64,000 nucleotides of DNA from Octopus sinensis (Eukaryota). Within the stretch, counting starts at the first letter, position 1, and every line of letters begins with the position of its first letter. The notes below the pieces were generated by a model that made no database searches, was not told the origin of the DNA, and saw only the letters and a program-made list of their open reading frames with translations. Shown here one piece after another: positions 12,095-25,250 of the stretch. The stretch is from contig NC_043007.1 of the NCBI RefSeq assembly GCF_006345805.1, positions 52,576,001 to 52,640,000 on the forward strand. Reading direction: 5' to 3'. The position numbers and the translations under genes are program-made.

Positions 12095-12760
12095 TGGAAG
12101 TGGTAGACCCAGGAAGACCTAGGATGAGGTGGTGAAGCATGACCTTCGAACATTAGGCCTCACCAAGGCAATGACTAGTGACTGAGACCTTTGGAAATAT
12201 GCTGTGCTTGAGAAGACCCGGCAAGCCAAGTGAGACCATAACTTTGTGGCCTATGTCAGAGGTGTAACCAGCTCACTTATGTGTACTTTTCTTTCATTGG
12301 ACACTAAACTCTGCTTGTGAAGATCTGCTGAGGCAAGTGAAATTGAAATCAAAATCAAATTCGATCACTGGCATCCGTGCTAGTGGAGCCTAAGAGCACC
12401 GTCTAAGTGTGATCGTTGCAAGAGCAGCTAACTGGCACATAAAAAGCACCATTCGTGCATGGTCGTTACCAACATTGCCTTACTGGCACTTGTGCCGGTG
12501 ACACGTGAAAAAACATTTGAGCGAGGTCGTTGCCTGGCACATAAAAAACACCATTTGAGCTTGGCCGTTGACAGTACTGCCAGTGCCACGTAAAAGCACC
12601 CAATACACTCTCGGAGTGGTTAGCGTTAGGCAGGGCATCCAGCAGTAGAAACTCTGCCAGATCAGATTGGAGCCTGGTGCAGCCATCTGATTCGCCAGCC
12701 CTCAGTCAAATCGTCCAACCTATGCTAGCATGGAAAGCGGACGTTAAACAATGATGATTA
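12095..12760 (+). mobile_element. RTE LINE 3' end
   Basis: GRPRKT*DEVVKHDLRTLGLT followed by the RTE 3' UTR ending aacctatgctagcatggaaagcggacgttaaacaatgatgat. Confidence 0.9.
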
Positions 12761-12769
12761 TGTCATAAA

Positions 12770-13035
12770 ATGAGACAGATGAGTGACAACCTGGCCACTG
12801 GTGATGGTGTAACACACCATACTAATCATATCTGTCGGGCATGTAGAAGAGAGTGTAATTCGGCAGGAGGACTTAAACGACATGCAAAGGTACATGAAGC
12901 CCAGTTTCAACTACAGCTGGCTATTACCAGTAAAGGTTTTAGTTGCCAATTTTGTACAAGACAATGTAAAGTCACATTCGATCACAGCACCAGTAACAGT
13001 TAAGCTTCGTGCAATGGCCATACTTGATAACGAGG
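12770..13035 (+). mobile_element. 3' end of a LINE (RTE-type) ORF with C-terminal C2H2 zinc finger(s)
   Basis: HICRACRRECNSAGGLKRHAKVH (C-x2-C-x12-H-x3-H), then a truncated [11 protein letters not shown]. Short 3' UTR ending gagggggcagccataatga. No splice signals. Confidence 0.6.
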
Positions 13036-13426
13036 GGGCAGCCATAATGATATGTATATATATATGTGTGTGTGTGTAGATATATATACATACATACATG
13101 TATGTATGTACATGTATATATATGTACATATATATGATGTATATGTATATATATATTATATTTAATATATAATATATATATACATATAATATGTAATACA
13201 TATTATATATATATATATGTATATACATATATATATGTATATACATATATATATGTATATATATTATGTAGATATATATATATATACATATATATATGTA
13301 TATATAATAATATATATATAATGTATATACATATATATGTATATATATATATATATATACATAATGTATATATATATATATATATATACATATATATATG
13401 TATATATATATATATTATATCATATA

Positions 13427-13466
<40 letters not shown>

Positions 13467-13575
13467 TATATGTATATATAATTATATATACAATATATAT
13501 GTAATATATATATATATATATATATACAGTATTATGTATAAATATATATATAATATATATATACATATATATATG

Positions 13576-13610
<35 letters not shown>

Positions 13611-13692
13611 GGTCCCGGTTGATTCGGGGTTAACCACAGTAAATAAGGTACTCAATACATAGCAGAGTAAAATTAATTTATTATATAGAAGG

Positions 13693-13743
13693 AGCTTCTA
13701 CAGGACTAGAACTGTTTCATTCAAGAGAAATCTTCAGGAAGCT
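13693..13743 (-). ncRNA. Minimal type I hammerhead ribozyme (foldback family)
   Basis: agcttc CTGAAGA tttc-tctt-gaat GAAA cag-ttctagtc-ctg TA gaagct: 6-bp stem I, GUA site, U-U at the base of stem II. Confidence 0.6.
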
Positions 13744-14798
13744 AGTTAACAAGAATTGTATTGGCATTTATACATTTAGGCAGGTTTAACGGGGTGTTGG
13801 TGGGGGACTTTTTTGGGGGTAGGCATAGCACAAAATATCATACTTGGGGGAGTGGTCAAGGAGTCAGTGTTAAATTAGATAGAAGAATAAATAAAAAAAT
13901 AAAAAAATAAAAAAATAAAAAAATAAAATAAAAAAACCTATATATAAAAAAAAAAAAAAAAAAAAACTATATATAAAAAAAGGGGGATAGAGTTTTAGGT
14001 AAATAAGGAGATTCTCACTTATACCTATGCACACATGTATACATACATACACACACATGCAAACATATATACACATACATACACACATACATACACACAC
14101 ATATATATACATATATAAACACTTACATATACACATGCATATACATATCTACACATACACATATATGTATACACACACACTCACATGCATACACGTATAC
14201 ACACATGTATATATACACACACGACCTCACATACATATAAGCACAGAAAAATATATATACACATACACACACATACTCACATACACGCATACACACACAT
14301 ATCCACACACACACATGCACACACAGCACACTAGTCCCTATATACACATATATACACATACACACACATATACACACACATACATACATATACATACATG
14401 TATACATATACATATGTGTACCTATGCAAACCTACACATACACACATATATATACACATACTAATACAGACCCATTCCCTAATTTTAATTTTATTATCTT
14501 CGTTTATTACTTTTGTTATCTTTGGCCGCTTGGTCACAAGCATCTTGGCTATGACAGCCAGTCCATTCATCTGTCTACTGGAAAACAAGCACTCATTCAC
14601 TCACGCACACTCTTTAGCACGTACTCTCACTCATTCGTACACTCATACACATACACGCACGCACGCGTTATATTCATACATACATCCAGCTACATACGCG
14701 TACCTACAGATTTATGTCTACACTCTTAGAAGGCTAGTCAATATATATACACCAATAAATATAAATACACACACATACATATACACCTACATACAAAT

Positions 14799-14847
<49 letters not shown>

Positions 14848-15235
14848 CATATATATATTCACATATATATATACATACACATATATACACACACACATAT
14901 ATACACACACATACGCATACACACACATATACATATATATACACTACACGCACATACACATGTACATGCGTACCCATACACACACACACACGCGCGCATC
15001 CATATATGCACATAAGTACACACATGCGTAAAAGTATACATATATCTATGCTTACACATACACACCACACACCGCCTCCTTATATTCATACTTACATGCA
15101 TACTCAAAAAATAAGTAAATAGTAAAATATATATACGCGCAGTTATTCGTACATGCATACTCAAAAATAAATAATAAATATTAAGTATATACGTGCAGTT
15201 ACCTATTATATAGACGGATACATACATATAAACTT

Positions 15236-15291
<56 letters not shown>

Positions 15292-15345
15292 ATATACATA
15301 TAAACCTGCCTAAATGTATAAATGCCAATACAATTCTTGTTAACT

Positions 15346-15396
15346 AGCTTCCTGAAGATTTCTCTTGAATGAAACAGTTCTAGTCCTGTAGAAGCT
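15346..15396 (+). ncRNA. Minimal type I hammerhead ribozyme (foldback family)
   Basis: Same motif as 13693-13743; predicted cleavage after 15390. Confidence 0.6.
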
Positions 15397-15725
15397 CCTT
15401 CTATATAATAAATAAAAAAATATATTTATATATATATATATATACATATACATATACACATATATATATATACATATATATATATACACACACATACATA
15501 CACATATATATACACATACATACACACATACATACACATATACATACATATACACACACATATATACACATATACATATACATATACACACACATATATA
15601 TACATGTGTGCAAACATACATACATTCTCATACAAGCAGACACACTTACATTTACATATATACACACACTTACACACATATATACATACACATATACATA
15701 CATACATACATACGTATATGCATAC

Positions 15726-15764
<39 letters not shown>

Positions 15765-15851
15765 CATACACATACACATACCCATACATATATATACACA
15801 CATATACATATACACATGCACATACTTATATCTCTACATACTCGCATATCA

Positions 15852-15886
<35 letters not shown>

Positions 15887-16141
15887 CTACATATACACAC
15901 ACATACATATACCCATATACGTGTATATATACACCACACACATATATACACATCTACAGTTTGTATCTACACTCACATACCTGCACATACACATAACTCT
16001 ACATACCTACATATACATCGACATACTCGCGTACACTCATATAGATACACATATATACATATACACACACACATACTACATACATATACATACATACATA
16101 TATATGCATAATAATATAATACATATATATATATAATACAC

Positions 16142-16182
<41 letters not shown>

Positions 16183-16898
16183 ATACATACATACATACAC
16201 ACACATATACATACAAGTCCATATACACATACACCCACATATATATACACACACATATACATATATCAACAATTGAGGGTAAAGTTAATTAGTTATTAAT
16301 CAATTTCACCAAGTATTCAGTATGTAAAAGGACCATTATTTTTATGAGTAAACAATGTCTGAGGGAAAATATTCTCTAAGTAGTGGAAGAGGCTAAAAAA
16401 CTTTTTTGGCTGCTATTTCTAGAAGTTCAGCATGCGGCAAAGCAATCCAATTGACTAAGCCCTAATTATATAATATTTTATACATACATACACATACATA
16501 CACACATACATATACACATACATATGCATACACACATGATACACATATACAAGCGTGCACATACAATATGTGAGAGGTCTTAGGAGAAAAGGTAATCGGG
16601 GGTGCTAGGGGAACGGTGGGTTTGGGTGGGGGGGTGTCATTATTGAGAATCTCCTTATTTACCTAAAACTCTATCCCCCCTTTTTTTATATATAGGTTTT
16701 TTTTGTTTTTTTTTATATATAGGTTTTTTTTTTTTTTTTTTTTAGTTTTTTATTTATTCTTCTATCTAATTTAACACTGACTCCTTGACCACTCCCCCAA
16801 GTATGATATTTGTGCTATGCCTACCCCCAAAAAAGTCCCCCACCAACACCCCGTAAACCTGCCTAAATGTATAAATGCCAATACAATTCTTGTTAACT

Positions 16899-16949
16899 AG
16901 CTTCCTGAAGATTTCTCTTGAATGAAACAGTTCTAGTCCTGTAGAAGCT
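16899..16949 (+). ncRNA. Minimal type I hammerhead ribozyme (foldback family)
   Basis: Same motif as 13693-13743. Confidence 0.6.
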
Positions 16950-16975
16950 CCTTCTATATAATAAATATATATATA

Positions 16976-17513
16976 TATATATACATATATATGTATATAT
17001 ATATATATATATATACATATATATATGTATATATATATAATATATATATGTATTATATATACATATATAATGTATATATATATAATATATATATATACAT
17101 ATTATATGTATATATATATATATATATACATATATATATGTATATATATATATATACATATATGTATGTATGTATATATATATATATACTATATATATGT
17201 ATGTATATATAGATATATACATATATGTATGTATGTATATATATATATATACATATATATATGTATATATATATATATATATACATATATATATGTATGT
17301 GTATATATATATATACATATATATATGTATGTGTATATATATATATATACATATATATATGTATGTATATATATATATATATACATATATATTGTATGTA
17401 TATATATATATACATATATATATGTATGTATATATATATATACATATATATGTATGTGTATATATATATATACATATATATAGTATGTGTATATATATTA
17501 CATATATTATGTA

Positions 17514-17544
<31 letters not shown>

Positions 17545-18351
17545 GTATGTATATATATATATACATAATATATGTATATATATATATATATATACATATA
17601 TAATATATGTATGTATATATATCTATATATACATATATATATGTATGTATTATATATATACATATATAGATGTATGTATCTATATATATCCCATTATATA
17701 TGTATGTATATATATATATATACATATATATCTGTATATATATATATATATATCTATACATATATATCCCTGTATGTATATATATATATATATACTATAT
17801 ATTGTATGTATATATATAATCTATTATATATATATATATGAGGCGGCAATGGCCTAGTGGTAAGGGCAGCGGACTTGCGGTCGGAGGATCGCGGTTTCGA
17901 TTCCCAGACCGGGCGTTGTGTGTGTTTATTGAGCGAAAACACCTAAAAGCTCCACGAGGCTCCGGCAGGAGGTTGTGATCCCTGCTGTACTCTAAAAGGC
18001 GGTGCTCCAGCATGGCCGCAGTCAAATGACTGAAACAAGTACAAAAAAAATATATATATTATATTTATGTATATATATATATATGTATATATAATATATT
18101 ATATATATTATATATATGTATGTATATATATATATGTATTATATATATATACTATATATATTGTATTTATATATATATATATATGTAATGTATATATATT
18201 ATGTAGGATATATATGTATATATATATATGTGTATGTATAATATATATATATATGTATGTATATATATATATATATATGTATGTATATATATATATATAG
18301 TATGTATAATATATATATATATGTATGTATATATATATATATATATGTATG

Positions 18352-18385
<34 letters not shown>

Positions 18386-18780
18386 ATAATTATTAATATA
18401 TATATATATTATGTAATGTATATATATATATACATATATATATGTATCTATATATGTATTATATATATATATCTATATATATATATATTATATACTATAT
18501 GTTATTATATATATATGTATATATATATCTTATATGTAATCTATATATCTACTTGTATATATATATATACTAATGTATCTATATATGTATCTATATATAT
18601 ATACATATATAATTGGCAATATACCAAATAAACATATCCATATAATGTATTATATATATCTACATATATATATGTACTATATCTTGTATATACATAGATC
18701 TATGTATAGTATATATGTATATAGATATATATATAGCTTATATAATATGTATATATATATATTATATAATAGACCTTTAT
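16976..18780. repeat. Long compound (TA)n/(TATG)n microsatellite field, interrupted by a SINE
   Basis: Directly visible low-complexity sequence; source of the YIYI pseudo-ORFs. Confidence 0.95.
17841..18045 (+). mobile_element. Short chimeric tRNA SINE
   Basis: Head (tggcctagtgg A box, ggtttcgattcc B box) matches the SINE at 571-856 up to cctgctgtactc, then switches to the aaaaggcggtgctccagcatggccgcagtcaaatgactgaaac tail of the other SINE family. Confidence 0.8.
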
Positions 18781-18784
18781 ATAA

Positions 18785-19540
18785 ATCAATAACGTGAAAT
18801 ACACGACGAGAGACGAACAAAAGACAAACGGGTCATTCAAGCCTTCATTCTCAGTCAGAAACTGATCCCTCATCGCAGATTTCGGCTGTTTAATTCTGAG
18901 ATCCGCTCTGAATCAGCCAGCCACAGAAGGAAAGAATGAAACGCAACAGAGACGAACATAAAACAAAAAATCTTTTTTGGGGACAGTAACGGTTAAAAAC
19001 ATGGATGACACAGGCGCCCTACGGCTTTGAGACAAACAGAGAGACACAAAAACAATATCAACAGCGTGGAAAAAATTACCTTTTCGGTGATGAGACACAT
19101 GTAGTTGAACAAGCGGCCGAGGGAAACGAGGCAGCAAGTTGCAAGAGGATAAGAGAGAGAAAAGGGGGTAAGAGAGAGAGGGGACAGTGACCGAGAGAGG
19201 GAGAGAAGGAAAGAAAATAGTTTAAAGACATTGTGCAGGGGTATTGAAATGATAAACATAAGGAAATCATTATGCACGTACGCTGCGAAATATATAATAG
19301 ACCTTTATATAAATAACGTGAAATACACGAAGAGACGAACAAAAAGACAAACGGGTCATTCAAGCCTTCATTCTTCAGTCAGAAACTGATCCCTCATCGC
19401 ATATTTCGGCTGTTTAATTCTGAGATCCGCTCTGAATCAGCCAGCCACAGAAGGAAAGAATGAAACGCAACAGAGACGAACATAAAACAAAAAATCTTTT
19501 TGGGGGACAGTAACGATTAAAAACATGGATGACACAGGCG
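18785..19540. repeat. Dispersed repeat with a ~245-bp direct duplication (18785-19020 and 19300-19540)
   Basis: aacgtgaaatacacga...gatgacacaggcgcc occurs twice, about 520 bp apart. A related fragment is at 36680-36760. Confidence 0.8.
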
Positions 19541-19671
19541 CCATATGTATATGTATATATATGTGTATATATATATGTATATGTATATATATGTGTATAT
19601 ATATATGTATATGTATATATATGTGTATATATATGTATATGTATATACATATATGTATATGTATGTAAATG

Positions 19672-19701
<30 letters not shown>

Positions 19702-19702
<1 letters not shown>

Positions 19703-20269
19703 GTAGTGACGCTATACAGCGGCGCGCGCGCGCACCGTCCATTCCTGTTTCGCGCGTGCGGGGTTGGTGCCTTCACCACCGGAAGTAGGACCATTTGCCT
19801 ACGTGGCAGTTTTAGCCGCGAGGCAGGGGAGCGTGAACCTTAAAGGGGTCCGGAGTGATAGCAGCAGCAGTCAGTGACTTGAGACATGGCTATCGAAGGT
19901 ACAACACGTATATTCTCTCTGTCCGAATTTGATTCTAGCAGCAGCCTTTACCGAAAGCTTTTAACCAAATTGTTGCAGACTACATCATCTTCCTTTCTCC
20001 GGACGCCATCTTTGACAAGTGTCGTTAGCATTTGAACACTGTAGATTCTACAGCGATATAGTTCAGCTCTGACACATCTATACCAAAGGGATACCCAGAT
20101 ATACCACTTATTTGTTACTGTCATAAGAGAATAAAGTAGATATATATTATTTACGTCTGCGTCTTGTTGTTTCTGACTGGTAGAGAATCTGGATTATTAA
20201 AGCAACGGAAAGTGATTGCTTCTCGCACCCGCAAAAGGTCCAGAGAAGATATTTCACTAGTTCGTTACA
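19702..20269 (+). mobile_element. Probable solo LTR (~568 bp)
   Basis: Begins TGTAGT and ends GTTACA, CpG-rich 5' half, AATAAA at ~20150, flanked by TA repeats on both sides, no coding capacity. The TSD is not clean. Confidence 0.55.
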
Positions 20270-20285
20270 TATGTATATATATGTG

Positions 20286-22730
20286 TATATATATATATAT
20301 ATGTATAGGAGAGAAATGTGTTCGTATGGATGATGGTTCACTTGTGCTAAATGAGGATGCAAAGAGAGAGGTTTGGAGATGCCACTATGAAAGGTTGCTC
20401 AACAAAGAGAATGAATGGGATAAAGGGAGTCTGCCGAATGTCGACCCAATAGAATTACCAGCTATCCAAGTTGACAGTTCCATGGTAGTTAAGGCAGTTG
20501 GAAGCATGAAGACAGGCCCCAGGCCCATCAGGAATTACTGCTGAGATGCTCAAAATATCTGGCAGTGTCGGCTATAGCCTAGTCACCCGTATAGTTAACC
20601 AGGTGATACACGAAGGAGTCATACCCAATGACTGGTGTAGTAGCATAATAGTCAACTGCTACAAAGGTAAAGGTGACGCCCTAGATACAAGTAATTACAG
20701 AGGTATTAAGCTGTTGGATCAGGTAATGAAGGGTACGAAAAGGGTCATAGCCCAACTGATTAGAGAGAGAGTCAACCTAGACGAGATGCAGTTTGGTTTC
20801 GTGCCAGGGAAAAGCACCACTAATGCTATATTTCTGGTGAGACAGCTGCAGGAGAAATACCTAGCCAAAGCTAAAACTGTACCTGGCTTTCGTTGACTTG
20901 GAGAAAGCCTTTGACAGGGTCCCCCGATCCCTTATCTGGTGGTCAATGAGGAAACTAGGGATAGATGAATGGTTAGTGAGAGCTGTGCGTGCCTTGTACA
21001 GGGACGCTGTTAGTAAGGTGGGGGTTGGCAACGAGTACAGTGAAGAATTCCGGGTGGAGGTTGGGGTCCACCAAGGCTCAGTCCTCAGCCCCCTCCTATT
21101 TATCATAGTCCTCCAGGCAATAAAGGAGGAATTCAAGACAGGATGCCCATGGGAGCTCCTCTATGCTGACAACCTTGCTCTAATTGCTGAATCACTATCA
21201 GAACTCGAGGTGAAGTTTCAGGCGTGGAAGCAAAGATTAGAATCAAAGGGCCTTAGAGTCAATCTAAGTCCTAAGTAGGAAGGTAGACAAATCTCAAACA
21301 CCTTCAGGTAGATGGCCCTGCTCGATCTGTAGAAAAGGCGTAGGTAGGAACTCTATAAGATGCACCAAGTGTAAGCTATGGACACATAAGAGGTGCAGCA
21401 ATGTCAAAGGAAGGCTAACCAGGGGGATAGTTTTTGTATGTGGCAGATGTTCTGGTTCAATAAAGACTGAAGATGCGCAGAGACCATCTTCCGCCACATT
21501 CCAGGAAGAAAAACTTGAAATAGTTGATAGCTTCCGTTACCTAGGTGACCAACTTAGTAGCGGGGGTGGGTGTGCCGAAAGTGTAACTGCTAGAGTAAGA
21601 ATAGCCTGGGCAAAATTCAGAGAGCTCTTACCTCTGCTGGTGACAAAGGGCCTCTCACTCAGAGTAAAAGGCAGACTGTATGACGCATGTGTGCGAACAG
21701 CCATGCTACATGGCAGTGAAACATGGGCCGTGACTGCTGAGGATATGCGTAAGCTCGCAAGAAATGAAGCCAGTATGCTCCGTTGGATGTGTAATGTCAG
21801 TGTACATACTCGACAGAGTTTAAGTACCTTGAGAGAAAAGTTGGACCTAAAAAGCATCAGTTGTGGTGTGCAAGAGAGACGTTTGCACTGGTATGGTCAT
21901 GTGTAATGTCAGTGTACATACCCGACAGAGTGTAAGTGCCTTGAGAGAAAAGTTGGACCTAAGAAGCATCAGATGTGGTGTGCAAGAGAGGTGTCTACGC
22001 TGGTATGGACACGTAGTAAGAATGGATGAAGATAGTTGTGTGAAAAAGTGTCACACCCTAGCGGTTGAGGGAACCTGTGGAAGAGGTAGACCCAGGAAAG
22101 CCTGGGACGAGGTGGTGAAGAACGACATTCGCGCTTTAGGTCTCACCGAGGAAATGGCCAGAGACGGAGACTTTTGGAAGTATGCTGTGCGCGAGAATAC
22201 CCGGCAGGACACGTGAGGCCATAACCCATGGCCCCTACCTGGGACGTAGTCAGTCCACCTGTGCATACCTTCCTTCTTGGGACACTTGTGAAGACCTGTT
22301 GAGGCAAGTGAAAATCAAAATCGATGAACATCAATGGAATTTGTATCTTTGTGGTACCAGTGCCGGTGGCACATAAGAAAACCATCCGAACGTGGCCGTA
22401 GCCAGTACCGCATCGACTGGCCTCTGTGCTGTGGGCACGTAACAAACACCATCCGATCGTGGCCGCTCGCCAGCCTCGTCTGGCACCTGTGTCAGTGGCA
22501 CGTAAAAATCACCATCCGAGCGTGGCCGTTCGCCAGCCTCGTCTGGCACCTGTGTCGGTGGCACATAAAATCACCCACTACACTCTCGGAGTGGTTGGCG
22601 TTAGGAAGGGCATCCAGCTGTAGAAACACTGCCAGATCTGACTGGTCTGGTGCAGCCTTCGGGCTTCCCAGACCCCAGTTGAACCGTCCAACCCATGCTA
22701 GCATGGAAAGCGGACGTTAAACAATGATGA
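20286..22730 (+). mobile_element. 5'-truncated RTE LINE with frameshifted RT
   Basis: NYRGIKLLDQVMK, QFGFVPGKST, EKAFDRVPR, GVHQGSVLSPLLF, LLYADNL, WYGHV, GRPRKAW; then the RTE 3' UTR and (GAT)n end. Confidence 0.95.
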
Positions 22731-22849
22731 TATATATATATATATATTTTTTTTTCTAGTTTCAGCTGAGAGCTGCGACCATGCTGATGCACCGCCGTTT
22801 TGTGCTACACTGTTATTACGACGAACCTCGTCTAATATGTGGCACTTCG

Positions 22850-25250
22850 TGAAGAATGGAGTTTGATACAGCTACTCTCATTTGCACCTCTTGCCGTGAG
22901 GTAGGTTCATCTGGGACTTTTGACAGGAAGATGTCCAGCTTTCATTTAAAAACCGCTACATCTACTTTGTGCAAGTTCCTCAGACTCTTTGGGAGAATAT
23001 TAAAAAGCTGTGGGCCCTTGAAACCCAGGCTGTTGCAGAAGCTGGTCCTGAAGTGTGATGGCATTGCTGGGATCTTTGGCACTATGCAGTGTCATCCCGT
23101 TCTAGCATTGGTGTAGCTTACAATGCCAAAATTTGGCACAATTCCTTCCAGGATCTTCCAGACATATATCACCGCATACCTCTCCCGTCTTCTCTCCAGG
23201 GAATAGAGTCTTAGCTGTTACAACCTTCCCCAGTAGCTGAGCTGTTGCAAAGAGACGATCTTCTTTGTGAATCTTCTCTGGATTGCTTCAAGGTCCGCTG
23301 TTAATTTTACACTGGTGGGTGACCATAGCTGTGAGCAGTAATCCAGGCGACTGAGGACGAATGTCCGCCAGAGGACCATCATGGTTTCCTTATCTCTGGT
23401 TCTGAATGTTCTTAGGATCCACCCAGCCAGTCGTCTGCACTTTGTCGCCATCCTGGTAATGTGCACTTGGAAAGAGGTATCATCACTCATGTCGATACCC
23501 AGGTCCCTCACAGACTTAGGCTCTGGGATTGAAATTCCCTGTGGACCGGTGTATCCTGTAAGTTTAATATTCAGTTTTGGATGCTGGTAGCGCAGGGCCT
23601 GGAATTTTTCAGCATTAAACTGCATATTATTATCCTCAGCCCATCTGTAGATTGAGTCCAACTCCTGCTGCAGGTGTGCAACATCGCTGGGGTTCTGTAT
23701 TTTCTGGGAGACTTTCGTATCGTCTGCATAGCTGGCCAGAGTGGCTATCCGGGCATTTGAGGGCATATCTGAGAGGGCCACTATAAAAAGCAGTGGTCCC
23801 AAGACAGTGCCCTGTGGAACACCGGACACTATTTGTGTGTTCATAGAGGTGGCTCCATTAACCACTACTGCCTGACTCCTATCTTTCAGGAAGTCATGGA
23901 AACACACTCCAAGTTTTCCAGCTATGCCGAGGTCACGTAGTTTGTGACATATCATACCATGATCCACCTTGTCAAAAGCTTTTGCAAAATCAAGGTGGAT
24001 TACGTCCACATTTGATTTGTTGAGTAACTGCCTCAACACCCAGTCATAATGCTGTAAGAGCTGGGTCAGGCAGCTCCTACCTGGTCGAAAACCATGCTGG
24101 GTATTACTCAGCAAGTTATTTTCCTCTAGGAATGCGATTAGTTTCTTTCTGACTATCCGTTCCATGACTTTGCTGATGTGTGAAGTCAGAGAGATAGGCC
24201 TATAGTTTTTGGCATCTGCTCTACTTCCCCCTTTATGTATTGGGCATATTATTATTATTATATTATTATTATTATTATTATTATTCCCTCCTTCAGCTTG
24301 CTTGGCAGTTTGCCATTCGCAAGAAAGCTCTGGAAGAGAATCTTGAGGGGTTTTGCCAGGGCATGCTTACACGCTTTGAGGAGGATGGCTGGGAAATCGT
24401 CTGGACCAGCAGCTGAGTTTGTGTCCACTTCATCTATGGCTAGTAGGACATCTTTTTCGCTAATTTCAATACATTCTATTGTAACCGCCTCGCTGGTTAT
24501 AGGTGAGGCGGCAAAGAAATCCACTGGTTCGTTCACTTGTCTGTGTTCCAATGGGGTGGTAAAGACACTTTTGAACTGGTCATTCAGCATCTCACTGATC
24601 ATAGTTGGACTGTCTGTGAGGGAGCTATCCTTTTGGAGGAGGGGTCCTATCTTGTAGTGCACTGAGACTGTTTCTTTCGCGTAATGAAAGAAGGCCTTTG
24701 GGTTTGATTTAATGTTTTTTATAACCCAGGCTTCTTTGTCTGCTTTCTCCTTCACATAGGATTGTTGCAGCCTTTTTTCGATCTCCATCAGTGTTGTTTT
24801 TAGGCGGGACGTTTCGCTACTTTTGGGATGTTGGTTGAGACGATTTGCAACCTTCGTCCGTCGTCTCATGAGGATCTTCCTGTCTCTTGGAATCTTGCTC
24901 CTATTTGTTTTGGCCTTGTGCTCTGGGACATATTTCTGGCATACGGCTTGCACAGAAGACATGAAACATTCTAGTTTCATGTCAATGTCTGGTGTCACAT
25001 ACCGAATTTGAGTATGTCATCAAGACCTGGGGTGTGAGGTCATCTCGGATGTATACAGCAACTCCACCATGGCTCCTTTCCCTTCTGTCTGTTCGCAGTA
25101 TGGCATAGTTTTGTATGTGTACTTCTGCATCCTCTATATCAGGGTTGAGGTGAGTTTCCACAAGTGCTATGCATAGGGCTTGATTGCATGCAGTAAGATC
25201 TCTCAGGAAAGAAATTTTGTTTCTATTTTGATGCAACAGTAAAAGTATTG
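22850..25250 (-). pseudogene. Disrupted ORF2 (APE endonuclease plus RT) of the minus-strand LINE
   Basis: ORF pieces 24982-25389 (CIALVETHL, RTDRRERSHGGVAVY), 24258-24998 and 23218-24165 (YADD). About 540 nt are missing relative to the plus copy, and an (ATT)n expansion lies at 24247-24285. Confidence 0.9.

Larger units (their letters stand above)
13608..16975. mobile_element. Microsatellite-rich foldback element with inverted hammerhead-bearing ends (copy 1)
   Basis: 13690-14020 is the reverse complement of 16640-16975. A third short inverted end lies at 15302-15410. Internal blocks are homologous to 38270-40960. Confidence 0.75.

Noticed and set aside
571-18045. tRNA genes at SINE heads (571-856, 1560, 9580, 17841; also 35525 and 38655)
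   Set aside because: A and B boxes are present, but they run into SINE bodies and LINE-type tails with no proper acceptor stem or terminator.
19985-20012. aagATGGCG start context on the minus strand (MASGERKMM*)
   Set aside because: Stops after 9 codons, has no good donor, and lies within the LTR candidate.
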